DNA from: an uncultured Chloroflexia bacterium
GTDB taxonomy: Bacteria > Chloroflexota > Dehalococcoidia > DSTF01 > JACRBR01
DNA: 64,000 bases
NCBI GenBank assembly: GCA_963743185.1
Contig: CAVUOT010000009.1
Location: 72,421 to 136,420 of the forward strand
Direction: 5' to 3'
Of this stretch, positions 40,503 to 49,843 are shown one piece after another. The stretch's first letter is position 1; every line of letters starts with the position of its first letter. The notes beneath the pieces are model-generated. The model searched no databases, was not told where the DNA came from, and saw only the letters and a program-made list of their open reading frames with translations. Made by a program: the position numbers and the translations under genes.

Positions 40503-41648
40503 ATGAAACGACTCGTCTCAACATTCACGACAGGCCTGCTCGGCGTGCTCGCCGGCGCCGCACTCGTCGGCGGCATCGTCTGGACGCGCGACGACGGCGG
40601 CAGCTCGAAGGCGGCGTCGACGGTCGCGGCGACGACGTCGAGCCAGACGACCACCGACACCAGCACATCGCTCAGCGGCGCCCCGCTCGCGAACACCGAG
40701 GACTTCACCGCGCTCTACAACGCGGTGCGCCCATCCATCGTCCGGATCACGACCGGGCAGACATCCACGGACCCCTTCTCCGGCGGTCAGCAGGGAGGCC
40801 TCGGGTCCGGCATCGTGCTGGACAAGGATGGCCACATCCTCACGAACTACCACGTCGTCAAGGGTTTTGACACCGTCTCCGTGACGTTCTCCGACGGCAC
40901 GATGGCGAGCGCGAAGGTCGTCGGCACCGACCCCGGCAACGACACCGCCGTCGTCAAGACCGATGCCGATGCCAGCGTCCTCAAGCCGGCCACCCTCGGC
41001 GATTCGAGCCAGGTGAAGGTCGGGCAGGCCGTCGCCGCGATCGGCAACCCGTTCGGCCTCGACGGCACGTTCACAACCGGCGTCATCAGCGGGCTCGAGC
41101 GGACGCTGCCCTCGAGCAGCGACGGCCGGCCGATCCGGGGGCTGCTGCAGACCGACGCGGCCGTCAACCCCGGCAACTCCGGCGGCGCCCTCATCAACAG
41201 CAAGGGCGAGGTCATCGGCATCAACACCGCCATCGAGAACCCGGGCGGCAACTCGTTCGCCGGCATCGCCTACGCCGTGCCGATCAACACGCCGAAGCGC
41301 TACCTCACGCAGCTCACGTCGGGTTCGACGATCACGCACGCGCGGCTCGGCATCTCCGGCAAGACGCTTTCGCCGGGCGACCTCAAGCAGCTCGGCATCG
41401 ACCACGGCGTGGCCGTCGTGACCGTCGAACGCGGCAGCGGCGCCGACAAGGCGGGCCTGAAGTCGTCGGCGAACGGCACCGGCGACGTGATCGTCGAGAT
41501 CGACGGCAACGCGATGAAATCGTTCGACAACGTCGCGGACTATATCGACACGAAAGCCGTCGGCGACCAGGTGAAGATCAAGGTCCACCGCGACGGCAAG
41601 GACATCGACATCACCGCGACGCTGATGTCGTGGGACACCTCGGCCTGA
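40503..41648 (+). CDS. HtrA/DegP-family trypsin-like serine protease with C-terminal PDZ domain
   Basis: N-terminal TM or signal segment. Catalytic triad context: TNYHVV (His), DTAVV (Asp), GNSGGAL (Ser). PDZ-like tail: GVAVVTVERGSGADKAGLK. Confidence 0.85.
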   Translation: MKRLVSTFTTGLLGVLAGAALVGGIVWTRDDGGSSKAASTVAATTSSQTTTDTSTSLSGAPLANTEDFTALYNAVRPSIVRITTGQTSTDPFSGGQQGGLGSGIVLDKDGHILTNYHVVKGFDTVSVTFSDGTMASAKVVGTDPGNDTAVVKTDADASVLKPATLGDSSQVKVGQAVAAIGNPFGLDGTFTTGVISGLERTLPSSSDGRPIRGLLQTDAAVNPGNSGGALINSKGEVIGINTAIENPGGNSFAGIAYAVPINTPKRYLTQLTSGSTITHARLGISGKTLSPGDLKQLGIDHGVAVVTVERGSGADKAGLKSSANGTGDVIVEIDGNAMKSFDNVADYIDTKAVGDQVKIKVHRDGKDIDITATLMSWDTSA

Positions 41649-42353
41649 TCGGCCTCGCAGAACAGAGACAGACAGCAGAGGGACGAGAACAGACACAGAG
41701 CTCAGACGAAGACGGTGGCTCCTCCGCGGGACGTGATGGGATGTGGTGCGGCGCGGAGTGGAGAGGGTCGCAGAAATGCGACCCTCTCTTCGTGTGCGAG
41801 ATCGCGCCTGTCGAGCGTGGCGCGATGCGCGCTCAATCTCACGCCGGCCGAGTGGCCCTGCTCGTCATCGCACGATCCGCGAACGCGTGAGACGTCGACA
41901 GAATAAGCAGACTACGAGAGCCATCCCACGAACACGCACGATGAGCGAGATGACCGAAGGAAGGTGAGCGACAGACCCCACATGGCAACGCGGCGGCTGC
42001 GTAAATCGCCATGATTGCGAGGTACGAGATGATGCCGCCGCTATGAGGGACGAATCTCGATGCGACGGCCATTCGACAATCTCCACGCTCCTCAAGCACG
42101 AAGACGACGCCGAATCTGACTGCGACTGCGGCTCTGAGAACATACCATGAATCGCCAGTGATCCTCCGAGCACCAATCTCGCGGGAATGGAGGTCAGGCC
42201 AAGCGCGTCGCCCGCCTCCTGCGCCGCCCGGTGCACAGCCTGTGGGTTTGCGTGATGCGCCAATCGCTCCGCCCCGCACGCCGCGGCCCGCCGCCCACGA
42301 AGAACGACCGCCACGCGGCGGTCGTTATAGCTTGCATTCGGGCGACGGGCGCG

Positions 42354-42641
42354 TCAGTCGGCGGACGGGAGGACCTTCGGCTGCATCAGCTCCATCGGCG
42401 CGCCGTTGTAGCGCAGGTCGCAGGCGCCGGGCTTGATGCAGAGCGCTTCGACGGCGCCGTCGGCGGAGGCGTAGCGCTTGCCGAGCACGACCGCGCCGTC
42501 CGAGCCGCCGGTCGCCGGCGGACCGTCTTCCTTGATGTTCAGCGCCGTCTCCCCGTCCTGCAGCGTGCCGTCGGCACCCTTCGTGACGATGAGCTCCGCC
42601 CCGCTCGCTGCGATGTATCGCTTGCCGACTTGTGCTGGCAT
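42354..42641 (-). CDS. small hypothetical protein with two GKRY-containing half repeats
   Basis: 95-aa ORF MPAQVGKRYIAASGAELIVTKGADGTLQDGE...VLGKRYASADGAVEAL..., immediately downstream of the complex-III-like operon. Confidence 0.35.
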   Translation of the reverse strand: MPAQVGKRYIAASGAELIVTKGADGTLQDGETALNIKEDGPPATGGSDGAVVLGKRYASADGAVEALCIKPGACDLRYNGAPMELMQPKVLPSAD

Positions 42642-42710
42642 GGTCGCCTCCGTGGTCCGTTGAGATCGGTGCAGGACGCGTTTTCGGTCAACGCGTCCTG
42701 CGCTGGCAGT

Positions 42711-43994
42711 CTAGGTTCGAAAATCTCGCTGCGTCAAGGCGTGCGGCTCGCGGCAGGCGTCGTGCCCGCGGCAGGCGTCGTGCCCGCGGCAGGCGTCGTG
42801 CCGGCAGCAGGCGTCGTGCCGGCAGCTGGCGTCGTGTCCGCGGCCGGCGTCGTGCCCGCGGCCGGGCGCTGCGGGTGCGGCGCCGGCGGCTACCGTCGTC
42901 AGGACGCCCTCCATCGTCGTCGGGTGTACGTCGCAGCGGTAGTAGTAGTCGCCGGCGTCGAGCGGCCCGAACTTCAGCGTCTGCGTCACCGGTCCCGACT
43001 CGAAGGCGGTCTGCGCGACGTCGGCGCCGGTCGCATCCTTGCCCTTGAACACGTGGATGTTGTGCGGGATGCCCGCGTCCTTGTTGTCGAACGTGATCGT
43101 CAGCTCCTGGCCCGCCACTCCGAGCAGCGTCGCCGTGTCGAAGGCAAGACCCTGCGCGGTGAGCTTGAGGTCAGTCGATGCCGCCACCGGACCGGACGGC
43201 GCCGCGGCGGCGGACGGCAGGTTCTGGCCGCAGGCCGGCTGCGTTACGGGCGGCGGGTCCGGCGGGACCGGCGGCACCCATACGGCGGCGCCTTGCTGGT
43301 GCTCGGCGGCTTTCGTCGTGCCCAGGTTGCGCTCCACGGTGACGCTCTGCAGGTTCTTCTCCGGGCTGGCCGTGACCAGCATCAGCTCGCCGTCGATTTC
43401 GATGCGCGAACCCTTGCCGAGCGAACCGAGAGTCGACAGGTAGACCGTCGTAGCCGATGCGTCCAGCGGCCGCGCAAGCTTGAGCCCGGCGCTGGCGTAG
43501 CCGGCGTAGTGGTGCTTCTCGTCGCCGTAGATGGCGTATTCCTTCGCCGTGTCCCAGGCCGTACCCTCCGTAATCATCGTGGCGAGCTGCCGGATCTGCT
43601 CGTCGTTGAGCGTCCCGCCCTGCGTCTGTCCCCACGTCGGCATCGACTTGCCAATGCGGCCGCACGTGATCGTGTTGACGATGAGCTTGAACTTCAACAA
43701 CTTGTCCTGCTCGTTGACCTTTCCCGTCTGCGGGTCTATGCCCTGAAGGTCGGGCCGGTTGAGCGGCAGTGCCAGCTTCAGGCGGTTCGCGACGGCGCCG
43801 CCCTCACCACTGTCGCCGTGGCACGTCGCGCAGTTCTGCGAGAACAGGAACGCGCCGCGGTCGGTGGTCTTGAGCAGATCGCTGGCCTTCGCGTCGGAGG
43901 CACGGCTCGGATCCCACATCGTGTACGCGCCGGTCGCCAGGACGGCGATGAAGACGAGCGCCACCATGAGGTTGATCTGCTTTGCGGTGTTCAT
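42711..43994 (-). CDS. membrane-anchored monoheme cytochrome c fused to a cupredoxin (plastocyanin/auracyanin-like) domain, with C-terminal tandem 6-codon repeats
   Basis: N-terminal TM helix (LMVALVFIAVLATGAY); heme motif CATCH with a distal Met (GKSMPTW). Type-1 copper ligands are present (GIPHNIHVF...YYYRCDVHPTTMEG). The tail is a run of 18-nt repeats. Confidence 0.75.
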   Translation of the reverse strand: MNTAKQINLMVALVFIAVLATGAYTMWDPSRASDAKASDLLKTTDRGAFLFSQNCATCHGDSGEGGAVANRLKLALPLNRPDLQGIDPQTGKVNEQDKLLKFKLIVNTITCGRIGKSMPTWGQTQGGTLNDEQIRQLATMITEGTAWDTAKEYAIYGDEKHHYAGYASAGLKLARPLDASATTVYLSTLGSLGKGSRIEIDGELMLVTASPEKNLQSVTVERNLGTTKAAEHQQGAAVWVPPVPPDPPPVTQPACGQNLPSAAAAPSGPVAASTDLKLTAQGLAFDTATLLGVAGQELTITFDNKDAGIPHNIHVFKGKDATGADVAQTAFESGPVTQTLKFGPLDAGDYYYRCDVHPTTMEGVLTTVAAGAAPAAPGRGHDAGRGHDASCRHDACCRHDACRGHDACRGHDACREPHALTQRDFRT

Positions 43995-44012
43995 GCCTGC
44001 CCTTTTTGGCGC

Positions 44013-44720
44013 CTAACCTGGAAGGATCGCCCGCGATGGGTTGGTCTCGTTGCCCAGTGTGATCTTGCCGGTGTTCACGGTCATCTTCCCGCCCGCGATC
44101 GTAAGCGCGAACGTATCCATCGAGCGCGGCGCCGGGCCGAACACGCGGACGCCCGCGTCGCTGTACGTCGATCCGTGGCACGGGCAGAGGAACCAGCCCG
44201 CGTACGTCTCTCCGTTGCGCGGATCTTCGCGCGAGAAGTCTGGCCGCCATGGGACCGTGCATCCCAGGTGGGGGCACTTGTGGTAAAGCGCAATGATCGA
44301 CCCTTCCTGCGCGCCCGGGTTCCGCCGCACCTGATCGCCGGTCAGCATCACAACCCACGCCTTCGCGTCCAGGTTGTGCAGCCTTTGGCCGGGCGCCCCC
44401 TTGAGAGCGTCCACGGTGCCGACGAACACCGTGCCGCCGAACCCGGTGACGTTGCGCGGGTAGAGGCTGTTGATGATTGTCGTCACGATGCCCAGGAGCA
44501 TCGCGCCCATGCCGGCCCAGAATCCGATAAGCAGCACCTTGCGGCGCGATACCTGCGGCAGCTGGAACGCCGCGGGCGCGGGCTGCACCACCACGATCGA
44601 GGGCCCACCAGCCGCAGCCAGCGCGCCGCCGCCAGGTGCAGCCTTCACAACCGCCGCTTCGGCCGGGGCCTTTGGCGCCTTCGGCGCCGGCTTCGCTGCC
44701 TCCGTCTCTTCGTCAGGCAT
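44013..44720 (-). CDS. Rieske [2Fe-2S] subunit of a cytochrome bc/b6f-type complex
   Basis: ATG at 44720 after GGAGCGGAG. A TM helix is followed by Rieske box I CPHLGC and box II CPCHGS. Confidence 0.85.
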   Translation of the reverse strand: MPDEETEAAKPAPKAPKAPAEAAVVKAAPGGGALAAAGGPSIVVVQPAPAAFQLPQVSRRKVLLIGFWAGMGAMLLGIVTTIINSLYPRNVTGFGGTVFVGTVDALKGAPGQRLHNLDAKAWVVMLTGDQVRRNPGAQEGSIIALYHKCPHLGCTVPWRPDFSREDPRNGETYAGWFLCPCHGSTYSDAGVRVFGPAPRSMDTFALTIAGGKMTVNTGKITLGNETNPSRAILPG

Positions 44721-45834
44721 GGGCTCCGCTCCCTGGGTCGTAGATCCCGTATCGCAGGTCGCCTGGAGCGATCTGCCGCATGATGCCGGGATCTTCGTCG
44801 AGATTCGGTACGTGCGATGGCGGCACCAGCTGCTGGCCGCGGCCGCGGAATGCCGCGCCGATAATCGTGAGCGCGAAGTAGAACATGATGAAGCCGGTGA
44901 AGAGCGCGATCCATGCGTCACGCATCGTGTTCAGCCAGCCAAGCTTCCGCAGGATGAACAACATCGCGCCCGCGAAGAAGAAGATCGTAACGATCGGCAC
45001 GACGAACTCCGCCATGATCGCGGGGATGTTGAAATCGGAGTTGTACCAGTACACGTGGCGCAGCCAGCCGGGCATCCACCCGGGCTCGCCCCAGTACCAG
45101 AGCCACGTGCCGTTCAACGGAACCGGCACCTCCTGGAAGTCCTTCGGCCAGTCGAGGTAGCCGTCATGGTGGCCGGAGCCCGGTTGGAACGGGAGGGGGA
45201 TGCTCCAGTGCCACGAATCCCGCATAGCGAGGCGGTTCCTGAGGAAGACGAACGTCCAGACGGCCTGGAAAAGGTCGCCGATCGGGCCCCATGAATCGAA
45301 GGGGTGCCGGTCGCCGATCCATCTCGTCTTCCCGTCCATGAACCCGAACGTGACGGGCGCCTGCTGGTAGATCCGGACGTGCGCGCCATCGTCCCAGAGG
45401 ATGCACCAGGGGATGACAAACGCCGAGTAGATGGCGCTGAAGATGGTGATCCTCACGGCGTTCGCCGTGCCGAACCACACTCCCTGACCGTCGTTGCTGC
45501 GATCGGTGTACGGGATCGCCATCAGCACGATCAGCGCCACCGTGGGCACGGTAACGCCGGCCAGGCCCTTGTCCATGTGCAGGAGCAGCTCCTGCAGGTT
45601 CATCAGGTACCACGGCGCCTTCGAGGGGTTCGGGGTGATGTTGGCGTTCGCGCGGTCGAGCAGCGGCGCGTTGACGATCACCGACAGCGCGACGAACGTC
45701 AGCGTGAACACTGTCGCGGCGATGAACTCGATGAAGACGAGATCCGGCCAGACCAGCAGTTCCTGGTCGCGTTCGCGCTTCTGGCGCACTGTTTCCTTGT
45801 CGCCAGCGGCCGTCGTCCGGGTCGCTATCGCCAT
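44713..45834 (-). CDS. cytochrome b C-terminal half (subunit-IV-like, PEWY-type motif) with long C-terminal extension
   Basis: APWYLMNLQELLLH resembles the PEWY motif of the b6f subunit IV / cytochrome b C-terminus. Multiple TM helices. 373 aa. Confidence 0.75.
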   Translation of the reverse strand: MAIATRTTAAGDKETVRQKRERDQELLVWPDLVFIEFIAATVFTLTFVALSVIVNAPLLDRANANITPNPSKAPWYLMNLQELLLHMDKGLAGVTVPTVALIVLMAIPYTDRSNDGQGVWFGTANAVRITIFSAIYSAFVIPWCILWDDGAHVRIYQQAPVTFGFMDGKTRWIGDRHPFDSWGPIGDLFQAVWTFVFLRNRLAMRDSWHWSIPLPFQPGSGHHDGYLDWPKDFQEVPVPLNGTWLWYWGEPGWMPGWLRHVYWYNSDFNIPAIMAEFVVPIVTIFFFAGAMLFILRKLGWLNTMRDAWIALFTGFIMFYFALTIIGAAFRGRGQQLVPPSHVPNLDEDPGIMRQIAPGDLRYGIYDPGSGAHA

Positions 45835-45848
45835 GGGCTCCTAACCTT

Positions 45849-46604
45849 CTAGAGGGGGCGCGCCAGGCCGCCATCACGTCGGATGCGCCAGAAGTGCACC
45901 GACATGAATATCGCGGCAAGCAGCGGTAAGCCGATCACGTGGAGCGTGTAGAAGCGGATCAGCGCGTTGGGGCCCACCTCAAACCCGCCGATGAGCACGA
46001 ACCGCGTCTGCCCGCCGAGCATGGGCGCCGAGCCGGCGATGTTCGTGCCGACGGTGATCGCCCAGAGAGCGAGCTGGTCCCACGGCAGAAGGTAGCCGGT
46101 GAACGAGAGCAGCAGCGTGAGTACGAGCAAAATCACGCCAACCACCCAGTTGAACTCGCGCGGCGGCTTGTAAGCGCCCATGTAGAACACGCGCATCATG
46201 TGCAGCAGCACCGTGATCACCATGGCATGCGCCATCCAGCGATGCAGGTTGCGGATGAGCTGGCCGAAACGGACGTTCGTCTGCAGCGCGGCCATGTCGC
46301 TGTAGGCGCGGTCCACCGACGGCACGTAGTAGAACATCAGCATGACGCCGGTGACGGTAAGGCCGAGGAACATGAAGAAGCTCAGCCCGCCCAGGCAATA
46401 CGTGTGCGTGACCTTGACGTGCGTCTTGTGGATTCGGGTCGGATGCAGGTGCAGGAAGACGCTCGTGGCGATGGCGAGCATCTGGTTCCGGGGCGTGTTG
46501 GGGTAGCCGGAGCGGAACACGGACCGCCAGATGTAGTTGTGGAACAGCTTGTCGTAGATGAAATCGCCGAGACCGGGTCCCCTTGGCTGTTCCGAGACGG
46601 CCAT
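45849..46604 (-). CDS. cytochrome b6-like (N-terminal half of cytochrome b, heme-binding four-helix bundle)
   Basis: Paired His residues in helices B and D ([20 protein letters not shown]; [20 protein letters not shown]). 251 aa. GGAGGAAGG ribosome-binding site. Confidence 0.85.
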   Translation of the reverse strand: MAVSEQPRGPGLGDFIYDKLFHNYIWRSVFRSGYPNTPRNQMLAIATSVFLHLHPTRIHKTHVKVTHTYCLGGLSFFMFLGLTVTGVMLMFYYVPSVDRAYSDMAALQTNVRFGQLIRNLHRWMAHAMVITVLLHMMRVFYMGAYKPPREFNWVVGVILLVLTLLLSFTGYLLPWDQLALWAITVGTNIAGSAPMLGGQTRFVLIGGFEVGPNALIRFYTLHVIGLPLLAAIFMSVHFWRIRRDGGLARPL

Positions 46605-46640
46605 CCGCTACCTTCCTCCGTTATCGAGACCACCACTGGC

Positions 46641-46797
46641 CAGCGACGACCATGATACCAAACGAGATTGCAAGCGTTGCGGCGACGAGTATGAGCTCGC
46701 CGGCATCGGATGTGGATTGCGGGGGCCAGTGGACGAGATCTTTGAAATAGTTATAGAAGTCCGAGACGGCGGGTGCGCCAAGCAGCAACCGTGCCAT
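46641..46797 (-). CDS. unannotated small membrane protein (52 aa) leading the complex-III-like operon
   Basis: AGGAG-cctctcgtc-ATG then MARLLLGAPAVSDFYNYFKDLVHWPPQSTSDAGELILVAATLAISFGIMVVAGQWWSR*. One C-terminal TM helix. Its stop lies 37 nt before the cytochrome b6 start. Not in the ORF track. Confidence 0.45.
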
Positions 46798-47100
46798 GAC
46801 GAGAGGCTCCTGACAGCGCTCGAACCATTACAGCCGACCTCGGGCGCCACTGAATCCATTTGATGCGGGAATCTAACATCGACCCCTACCAGTGTCAAGC
46901 CGAGACGGGCGGCGTCCGAGGCTCGCCACCTCGCGTCGGGCGCCCTTCCGCGAGTGCGATCGGCAGCGCTGATACCAGCCGGTGTGCCGGCACGGCCGAC
47001 GAAGGACCTCAATCCCACCACTGTTCGCGGAAGACAACACTCGCCCCTGGAGCAACCCGACGCGCTTCGCCCCCCGCCGGTGCGGTGATAGGATGCCGCG

Positions 47101-47826
47101 ATGCGCATCGAGATCGTGGCCGACGAGCAGGCGCTGGCCGCACGCGCCGCGGACGTCATCTGCGACGGTGTGCGGGCGAAGCCCGCGGCGCTGCTCGGCC
47201 TGCCAACAGGCGCGACGCCGGTCCGCACCTACGCCGAGCTTGAACGGCGCGTCGCGGCCGGCGCGGCTGACTTCTCACGGGCGAGCGTGTACGCCATCGA
47301 CGAATTCGCCGGGCGCCACGCGCACGACGCCCGGCACGAACAGCGTCTTCTACCGCCAGCACTTGAACATCGGCCAGCACGCCCTCCATTGTCCGAACCC
47401 GTCTGCGCACGACGCGGACGAGCACATCCGTGCGTTTGCCGACGCGATCCGGCGCGCGGGCGGGCTCGACCTGTGTGTGCTGGGCATCGGCATCAACGGG
47501 CACATCGCGTTCAACGAGCCGGGATCCAGCCGTGACTCGCGGGCGCGCGTCGTCGACCTGACGCCGGCGTCCCGCGAGGCGCACGCCGCCGCGTTCGGGT
47601 CGCTCGACGCCGTGCCGGAGCGCGGAATGACGCTGGGCGTCGCTGATCTTCTGGAAGCGCGGTCGATCCTTGTCCTCGCGTCAGGCGCACAGAAGGCCTC
47701 GATCGTGCAGCGGGCGATCGAGGGCCGGAGACGGCGGCGGTGCCGGCATCGTGGTTGCGGTCGCACGCGGACGTGACGTGGCTGCTGGACGAGGCGGCGG
47801 CCGCAGAGCTGCGCCGGCACGCGTGA
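47101..47826 (+). CDS. nagB: glucosamine-6-phosphate deaminase, two apparent frameshifts (about 47330 and about 47730)
   Basis: MRIEIVADEQALAARAADVI...LGLPTGATPVRTY...VYAIDEF is in frame A. LDLCVLGIGINGHIAFNEPGSS...ILVLASGAQKASIVQRAIEG is in frame B. The C-terminal ETAAVPASWLRSHADVTWLLDEAAAAELRRHA* is in frame C. Confidence 0.75.
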
Positions 47827-47861
47827 CGGTGCAGCGTGTCCGCGCGAGGACGCGAAGGTCG

Positions 47862-47889
47862 GGTAGGGGCGCAGCCTGCTACGCCCGCG
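47862..47889. repeat. REP-like hairpin GGTAGGGGCGCAGCCTGCTaCGCCCGCG (terminator position after nagB); a second copy lies at 49764-49792 after thiE
   Basis: Near-identical 28-mers. Each contains a 9-bp inverted repeat (GGGCGCAGC/GCTGCGCCC) and sits just 3' of a convergent gene end. Confidence 0.55.
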
Positions 47890-48125
47890 TTCGCACGCGC
47901 GAAGAATCCGCATACGACACCTGCCCGCCTGCCTGTCGAGCGGCGCCTCTAACCCAACCGGTTGGCGTCACGAGCCTGCCGCGCAAATCGAGCCAGTCGC
48001 TCGGCTGAGCCCCTCTCCACGACGTGGAGAGGGGTGGCCGGAGGCCAGGGTGAGGTGCGCGGCCACAGCGCCGATGCTTCTTCGTGGCTCATCCGTTGCG
48101 GACAGGGCGGCGCGCGCGTCCGTTC

Positions 48126-49049
48126 CTACAGCGGGCCCTCGTCCTTCGCGGGTTCGAGTGAGCCGCCGCTGAAGCGCCCGGCGAGCAAGCGGACGCTCCC
48201 GTTCACCGTCATCACACCCACGAGGATCAGCGCGAGGCCGGCAAACAGGTTCACGCCGATGGTCTCGTCGTAGACCAGCCAGCCGAGGAACGCCGCCACG
48301 ATCGGCGCCAGGTACGTGACGATCGAGACCTTCGTCGCGGCGACGCGCTGCACGAGCGTGAAGAAGATGATGTAGGCGAGACCGGACGAAAGCAGGCCGA
48401 GCGCCAGCAACGCCAGCGCGGCCTTGAGCGAAACATCGGCGTCCGGCGCCCCGTCGAAGATGAGCGCCAGCGGCACCGCCATCGCCGCGCCGAGGACCAT
48501 CTGGCCGCTGGCGAGGGCCAGCGGCGCGCCGCGCGAGTACTGGCGCGCGACGACGGTCGAGGCAGCGTACGAGACCGCCGCGGCGAGTACGGCGAATTCG
48601 CCGAGCGTATTCGCGCCGGTAAAGTCGCGCAGGTCCGGGCCGATGAGCATGACGGCGCCGACGAAACCGATCAAAAGACCTGCCACCTTCTCGACGTCGG
48701 GCTGCTCGGTGGCGAACAGCCAGGTGATGATGAGGACGAAGAGCGGCATGGTGCCGATCAGCGTGCCCGCCAGGCTGCTGGAGATATGCTGCTCGGCCGT
48801 GGTGATCAGCGTAAACGGGATGACGTTATTGAACGTCGCCATGAACGCGAGGGACGGCCACGACGCGCGCGGCGGCATCGCGCTGCGCGTCAGCAGGGCG
48901 GCGGGGACGAGCACGATCGCGGCGATCGTGAGCCGGCCGGCAACGACAGTGAGCGGCGAAATATCGTGTACGGCGGTGCGGATGAAGAGGAACGCCGCGC
49001 CCCAGACGAGGCTCAACACCAGGAGTGCGGCAGTGTCGCGTGGCTTCAC
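48126..49049 (-). CDS. EamA/DMT-family transporter
   Basis: 10-TM profile with two EamA halves, 307 aa. Confidence 0.8.
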   Translation of the reverse strand: MKPRDTAALLVLSLVWGAAFLFIRTAVHDISPLTVVAGRLTIAAIVLVPAALLTRSAMPPRASWPSLAFMATFNNVIPFTLITTAEQHISSSLAGTLIGTMPLFVLIITWLFATEQPDVEKVAGLLIGFVGAVMLIGPDLRDFTGANTLGEFAVLAAAVSYAASTVVARQYSRGAPLALASGQMVLGAAMAVPLALIFDGAPDADVSLKAALALLALGLLSSGLAYIIFFTLVQRVAATKVSIVTYLAPIVAAFLGWLVYDETIGVNLFAGLALILVGVMTVNGSVRLLAGRFSGGSLEPAKDEGPL

Positions 49050-49110
49050 ATGTCTCCCTTGACTATGATCACATGATCATTGTGCCGTACGTGCGGCGGA
49101 AGCGATATCG

Positions 49111-49734
49111 ATGCGCGGAATCATCTCGGGCCTCTACGTGATCATCGACCCGGACGCCTGCCGCGGCCGCTCGCCCGTCGAGATCGCGCGCATGGCACTG
49201 GCGGGCGGCGCGTCGATCCTCCAGTGGCGCGACAAGCGTCGCGATGCGGCCGATCAGCTCGCCGACGCGCGCGCGATCTCCGCGCTGTGCGTCCAGTATG
49301 GCGCGATCTTCATCGCCAACGACTATCCGGATCTTGCGATCGCATCGGGCGCCGACGGCGTGCACCTGGGCCAGCAGGATCTCTCCATCGATGCCGTGCG
49401 GCCGATCGTCGGCGACGCGATGATCATCGGCGTATCGACGAACAACGCCGAAGAGGCGCGGCGCGCGGAGGCGGCGGGCGCCGGCTACGTCGCGGTCGGC
49501 GCAATCTTCCCGACATCGTCGAAAGACGTGACGCGCGCCGCAAGCATCGAGCGCCTGCGTGAGGTGAAGGCCGCGGTGCACGTGCCGGTCGTCGCGATCG
49601 GCGGCATCAACGCGTCGAACATCGCCAGCGTCGTCGAGGCGGGCGCGGACGCCGCGGCCGTGATCAGCGCAGTGTGCGGCGCCGACGATCCGCGGGCGGC
49701 CGCCGCCGAGCTCGCTGCGGCGTTCACCGGATAA
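49111..49734 (+). CDS. thiE: thiamine-phosphate synthase
   Basis: LYVIIDPDAC...ILQWRDKRRD...GADGVHLGQQD...AIGGIN, 207 aa. Confidence 0.9.
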   Translation: MRGIISGLYVIIDPDACRGRSPVEIARMALAGGASILQWRDKRRDAADQLADARAISALCVQYGAIFIANDYPDLAIASGADGVHLGQQDLSIDAVRPIVGDAMIIGVSTNNAEEARRAEAAGAGYVAVGAIFPTSSKDVTRAASIERLREVKAAVHVPVVAIGGINASNIASVVEAGADAAAVISAVCGADDPRAAAAELAAAFTG

Positions 49735-49763
49735 TCCACGACAGCCGGCGCCTGGGATTCATC

Positions 49764-49792
49764 TGGTAGGGGCGCAGCCTGCTGCGCCCGCG
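49764..49792. repeat. REP-like hairpin, second copy (see 47862-47889)
   Basis: CTGGTAGGGGCGCAGCCTGCTGCGCCCGCG. Confidence 0.55.
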
Positions 49793-49843
49793 AGCGGCCG
49801 CAGGTCGCCGTCCTCGCCGTCGAGAGCGGTGCGATCGCCAGCC

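Noticed and set aside
42745-42870. Seven tandem 18-nt repeats considered as a possible CRISPR or mini-satellite
   Set aside because: They have no spacers, are in perfect tandem, and lie inside the cytochrome c-cupredoxin reading frame. They are treated as a coding repeat with frame uncertainty.
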